This document shows, piece after piece, positions 60,700 to 64,000 of a stretch of DNA of 64,000 bases; the stretch's first letter is position 1, and each line of letters begins with the position of its first letter. The stretch is from Amphiscolops sp. MND2022. Its lineage: Eukaryota. The stretch spans positions 80,168,001 to 80,232,000 of the forward strand of contig OZ076409.1 of assembly GCA_964187785.1 (NCBI GenBank). The letters run 5' to 3'. The notes beneath the pieces were generated by a model that saw nothing but the letters and a program-made list of their open reading frames with translations, was not told where the DNA came from and did no database searches. The position numbers and the translations under genes are program-made.

Positions 60700-62400
60700 T
60701 TTTTTGAACCTTTAGCAGGGCGCCAGCTTGTTTTTATTTGCAAAAGCTAACGCAAAGGTTCCAATAATAACTTTAATTGGCGTTTTTGAAGAAAAAGCAC
60801 GACTCTTTCAGTGGCTAGTTTTTTTCGTCAGTTCAACGCGATCGGTCTACTATTTGTGCACTGCGCGCGTTTACCATAAGTACTCAATACTTGATTTTGA
60901 GCGCATCCAAAGCCTCTAACATGAAATACAAAACCATTCCAAAGCAGAAGGGTCCCCCTTTCCACATTGTCGGCACTATGAACTTCCCCCCTTTTCGGCA
61001 TTTTGAGACTTTTTGAAAATTTTTTAATGTCTCCAAACGACCCCTTTGATTTTTTTGATACTTAGCAACACAATGGATGCTAAAAAAGCCCAAGATATTC
61101 CTCTTTCAAAACTTTGACACTTTGAGTTCAAATTTCACATTTTTAGTTGGCGCTTATCTAGTGAAAAGAGTCCGACTATTACAGTGGCTAGTTTTTTTCG
61201 ACTTTACTCAGTTCACGGTGAAGCCAGCGGTCACGAGCTCGAATCTTTGCTTTAGTCAGAAACGTTTCGATCATTTTCGAAAGCGGACGAGACTGAAGGG
61301 TCCCATCTTTCAGTTTTTTTGGGCACTGTGCGACTTTTTTCTAATTTTTCCTGTCTTCAAACGGTCCCCCCTTCAAGTTTTTTTTTGATATTTTGCAGCA
61401 AACTAAGTGCCAAAAAGCCCAAAGGATCTCCTTTTTCAAGTATTTTGGCACTATGAGACTGTTCAAAATTCTTATTTTTTTTCTCGAAAATTAAAAAAAA
61501 CAATTCGAAAGTTTTTTTTGTCTCCAAAGGGTCCCCCTTCAAGTTTTTGATATGTTGCAACAAACTATATTTTCAAAAATCCCGTAGGGTTCCCACTTTT
61601 ACTGTTTTAAAAATTTTCCGCTATTTGAGCCTTAGATATAGCGCCGACTTTAGACGTTCCAGTCTTGTTTAAATCTACTTTTAGATTTTTTCAATACATA
61701 ACCACCAATAAATTTTTTCAATACTATCCGATTTTTTTAGACTGGCGTTTTCTCGGTACTATGCGGCTTTTTCTAATTTGTTTTTATTGAAGCTCCCCCT
61801 CAATTTTTACTAGAAATCAAATGTTTTGCGAGCATAGAGGTCTCCTTAGGGTTTTCGGCGCTATGCGACTTACCAGAGAAATTTTTTGGAAAACGTTTAG
61901 ATTTCTTTTTCTTTTCTTTGTTTTTTGAGAGGTTTTCGGTTGAACAAGATTGGTTTTTTGTTATTTCCAGTTGGGGTAAAAGTGGTTTTCGAGTCTTATG
62001 AGTGTCCCTTAGGGTGTTTTTGGCACTCTAAAACTGATGAAATTTTAACAATAGTGTCCTTTTGCATTTGCATATTTTAAAAACTTCAAACCATGAAACA
62101 AAAATTCTACAAATTGGCAAATTGGTCGAAGTTTTATTTTCGGAACGGTACGGTTTTTTTTCAAAAAAGTCAATTTTTGAGAGAGTCCCCCTTTGATGAT
62201 TTGATAATTTTGGATAGGAAAAGTCATTATAAAGGTCAAAGGGTCACTTCTTAGGGTGTTTTTAGCGCAGAGCGATTTTGTTATGATGGTTTGCTTTCAC
62301 TAAAGGGATCTCGCTGTGGGTAATTGATGTTTCTGATAATAAAACGGGGAAATGATTCAATTTTTGTCATTTAAAGCCCAAGCAGTTCCCCTTTGGGTTA
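60700..62400. repeat. Degenerate AT-rich repeat family with recurring AAGGGTCCCCC / GGCACTATG motifs
   Basis: Motif recurs at about 60948, 61296, 61362, 61526, 61587 and 62238; no coding signal. Confidence 0.5.
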
Positions 62401-63625
62401 TTTTCACACTTTTGGATTGAGAATTTTTCAAAAACATTCTTTGACGCTTTGAATTACTTTTTCTCTTTTCGCGGATTAAGCAGGCATCGACTCATGTCGT
62501 TCCCGGCTATTTTAACTTATTTTGCCCAATTTTATGTAACAGTCAAATGAAAAAGGCTCTTTCTACGGAACTCATATACCATAAATTTTGGCCCACGGCA
62601 TGTTTATTTGTGAAGAATATGTGGGAAAACTGCATATCCCATTCATTAGAGCATCCAATTTCCCATTCAGTAGAAATAATTTTCCCACAAATCAATCTAG
62701 GGATTGAAACAGCCAGGCACTTAAACTTTCTACCGTGTATAGATCAGATATGAACAATAAAAAACTTAACTGAATTTCTTGAATTGGCTTCAATTTCAAA
62801 GAAAACTTTGACACAGATCTCAATTTTGGAGCAACACAAATATGAGGAGGCCTGTACTGGTGTGAAAGAAAAGTGCCAACATGAAAGAGGTGAGATTTCA
62901 CGCGCCACCGGGTGTAACTGTAACGCACTGATGTTTTTAATGCAAAACCGCATTTCAAAGTTGGAGCGCAAGGGTCCATAGCATCGTCATTTGGGGCGCG
63001 AAAAGAAAATATTTCCCTTTGGCTGGTTCCAATGCTCAAGTTGGAAACGATAGCATGCTTCAATTGTTAATGGTTATGATCCGCCTTGTTCAAGCGCGAA
63101 AATGAGGCTTTGGAAGCGAAACAAAAAACACAACTAGCTTGAGCTGGCGCCAGCGAATCTGTTAGTTCTTTCAATGAAAAAATGGGAGAACGAAGTTAGT
63201 TTCACTACTAAATATACGACTTGCTTCATATAATTTCAACTTTGTGAATTTTAGTCCCAGAATATTAAAAATTGGGCTTTTGTCCAAATTTGTTTTTTTT
63301 TCTAGTTAGCTCAAGCGAAGACCACTGGGAAAAGGATTTGGTTACGGGTGGAAACCTCCGGAATATGAACTTCCTAGAACATCAGAAGCTTTATGTCTTT
63401 CTTTCCTTCTATTGTTCTACTTGATACAACAGTATTTTCGATTCTAAATAATCAATTAAATTGATAGCATGGAACAGCGCTGATTCATAGATCAGTCTAA
63501 AACGATAGGGTGGAAAAAGAACGAGACGCCCGCTGAGCATCGGGATTTTCCCACCTTGAAATCTAGTAGTAGACAACATGGTTTTATGGCTCGAGCGTAG
63601 TCACTGCGAAACTTATAGCAAACGA

Positions 63626-63726
63626 CAACTCATATCAAGCAACAACTCGTATCAGGCGGCAACTCATATCAAGCGATAATTCATATCAGTTACAAAAACG
63701 CGAGAGCTGAAATCATTCATATCAGG
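63626..63726. repeat. Short tandem array of about 17-bp units (CAACTCATATCAAGC-like)
   Basis: Four adjacent copies at 63627-63690 and a fifth partial copy near 63716. Confidence 0.7.
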
Positions 63727-64000
63727 TTTTTCAATAGGTTGAAATTACCCTACTCTTATATGTCGAAACCATTTTATATTTCACTGATATCAGAAATGTC
63801 AAAAATTGATTGGAATCATGTCACATTTTATGCATTCCACTAAAGACTCAGTTCTCTGCAATTTTTTATAGGATGTGATAATAAATATAATATCAAAGCA
63901 CTAACGTTTTACGATACAAACCTGTTACTAAGTTATTATTTCCAATAAATGCTCAACAATGAGCTTTTTGTAAATAATTTCAAAACAATCTGTGAATTAA

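Overview
Eukaryotic (probably invertebrate) transposable-element cluster with no convincing host gene. It is dominated by two young, full-length, unusually large Ty3/Gypsy LTR retrotransposons. Element A is at 16411-35791 (+; 19.4 kb; 2296-bp LTRs; TSD AAATG) and is nested in ORF2 of a CR1/L2-group LINE. Element B is at 41230-56685 (-; 15.5 kb; 1899-bp LTRs; TSD GTGTG). The window also holds the 5' part of a third, decayed Gypsy element (C, 1-3206), decayed LINE relics, a decayed Tc1 (DD34E) transposon and several repeats. Main discovery: between pol and the 3' LTR, A and B each carry a homologous antisense, intron-containing gene (A: 8 exons, about 1046 aa; B: 5 exons, about 1174 aa). The predicted protein has an acidic disordered N-terminus, a BED-like C2H2 finger and a body resembling a catalytically dead hAT transposase. 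Element A's non-coding DNA also carries about 60 phased CATC-N7-CATC sites, which are candidate binding sites for that protein. In A and B (and probably C) gag starts inside the LTR and reads through the PBS. All alignments and counts were done by eye.
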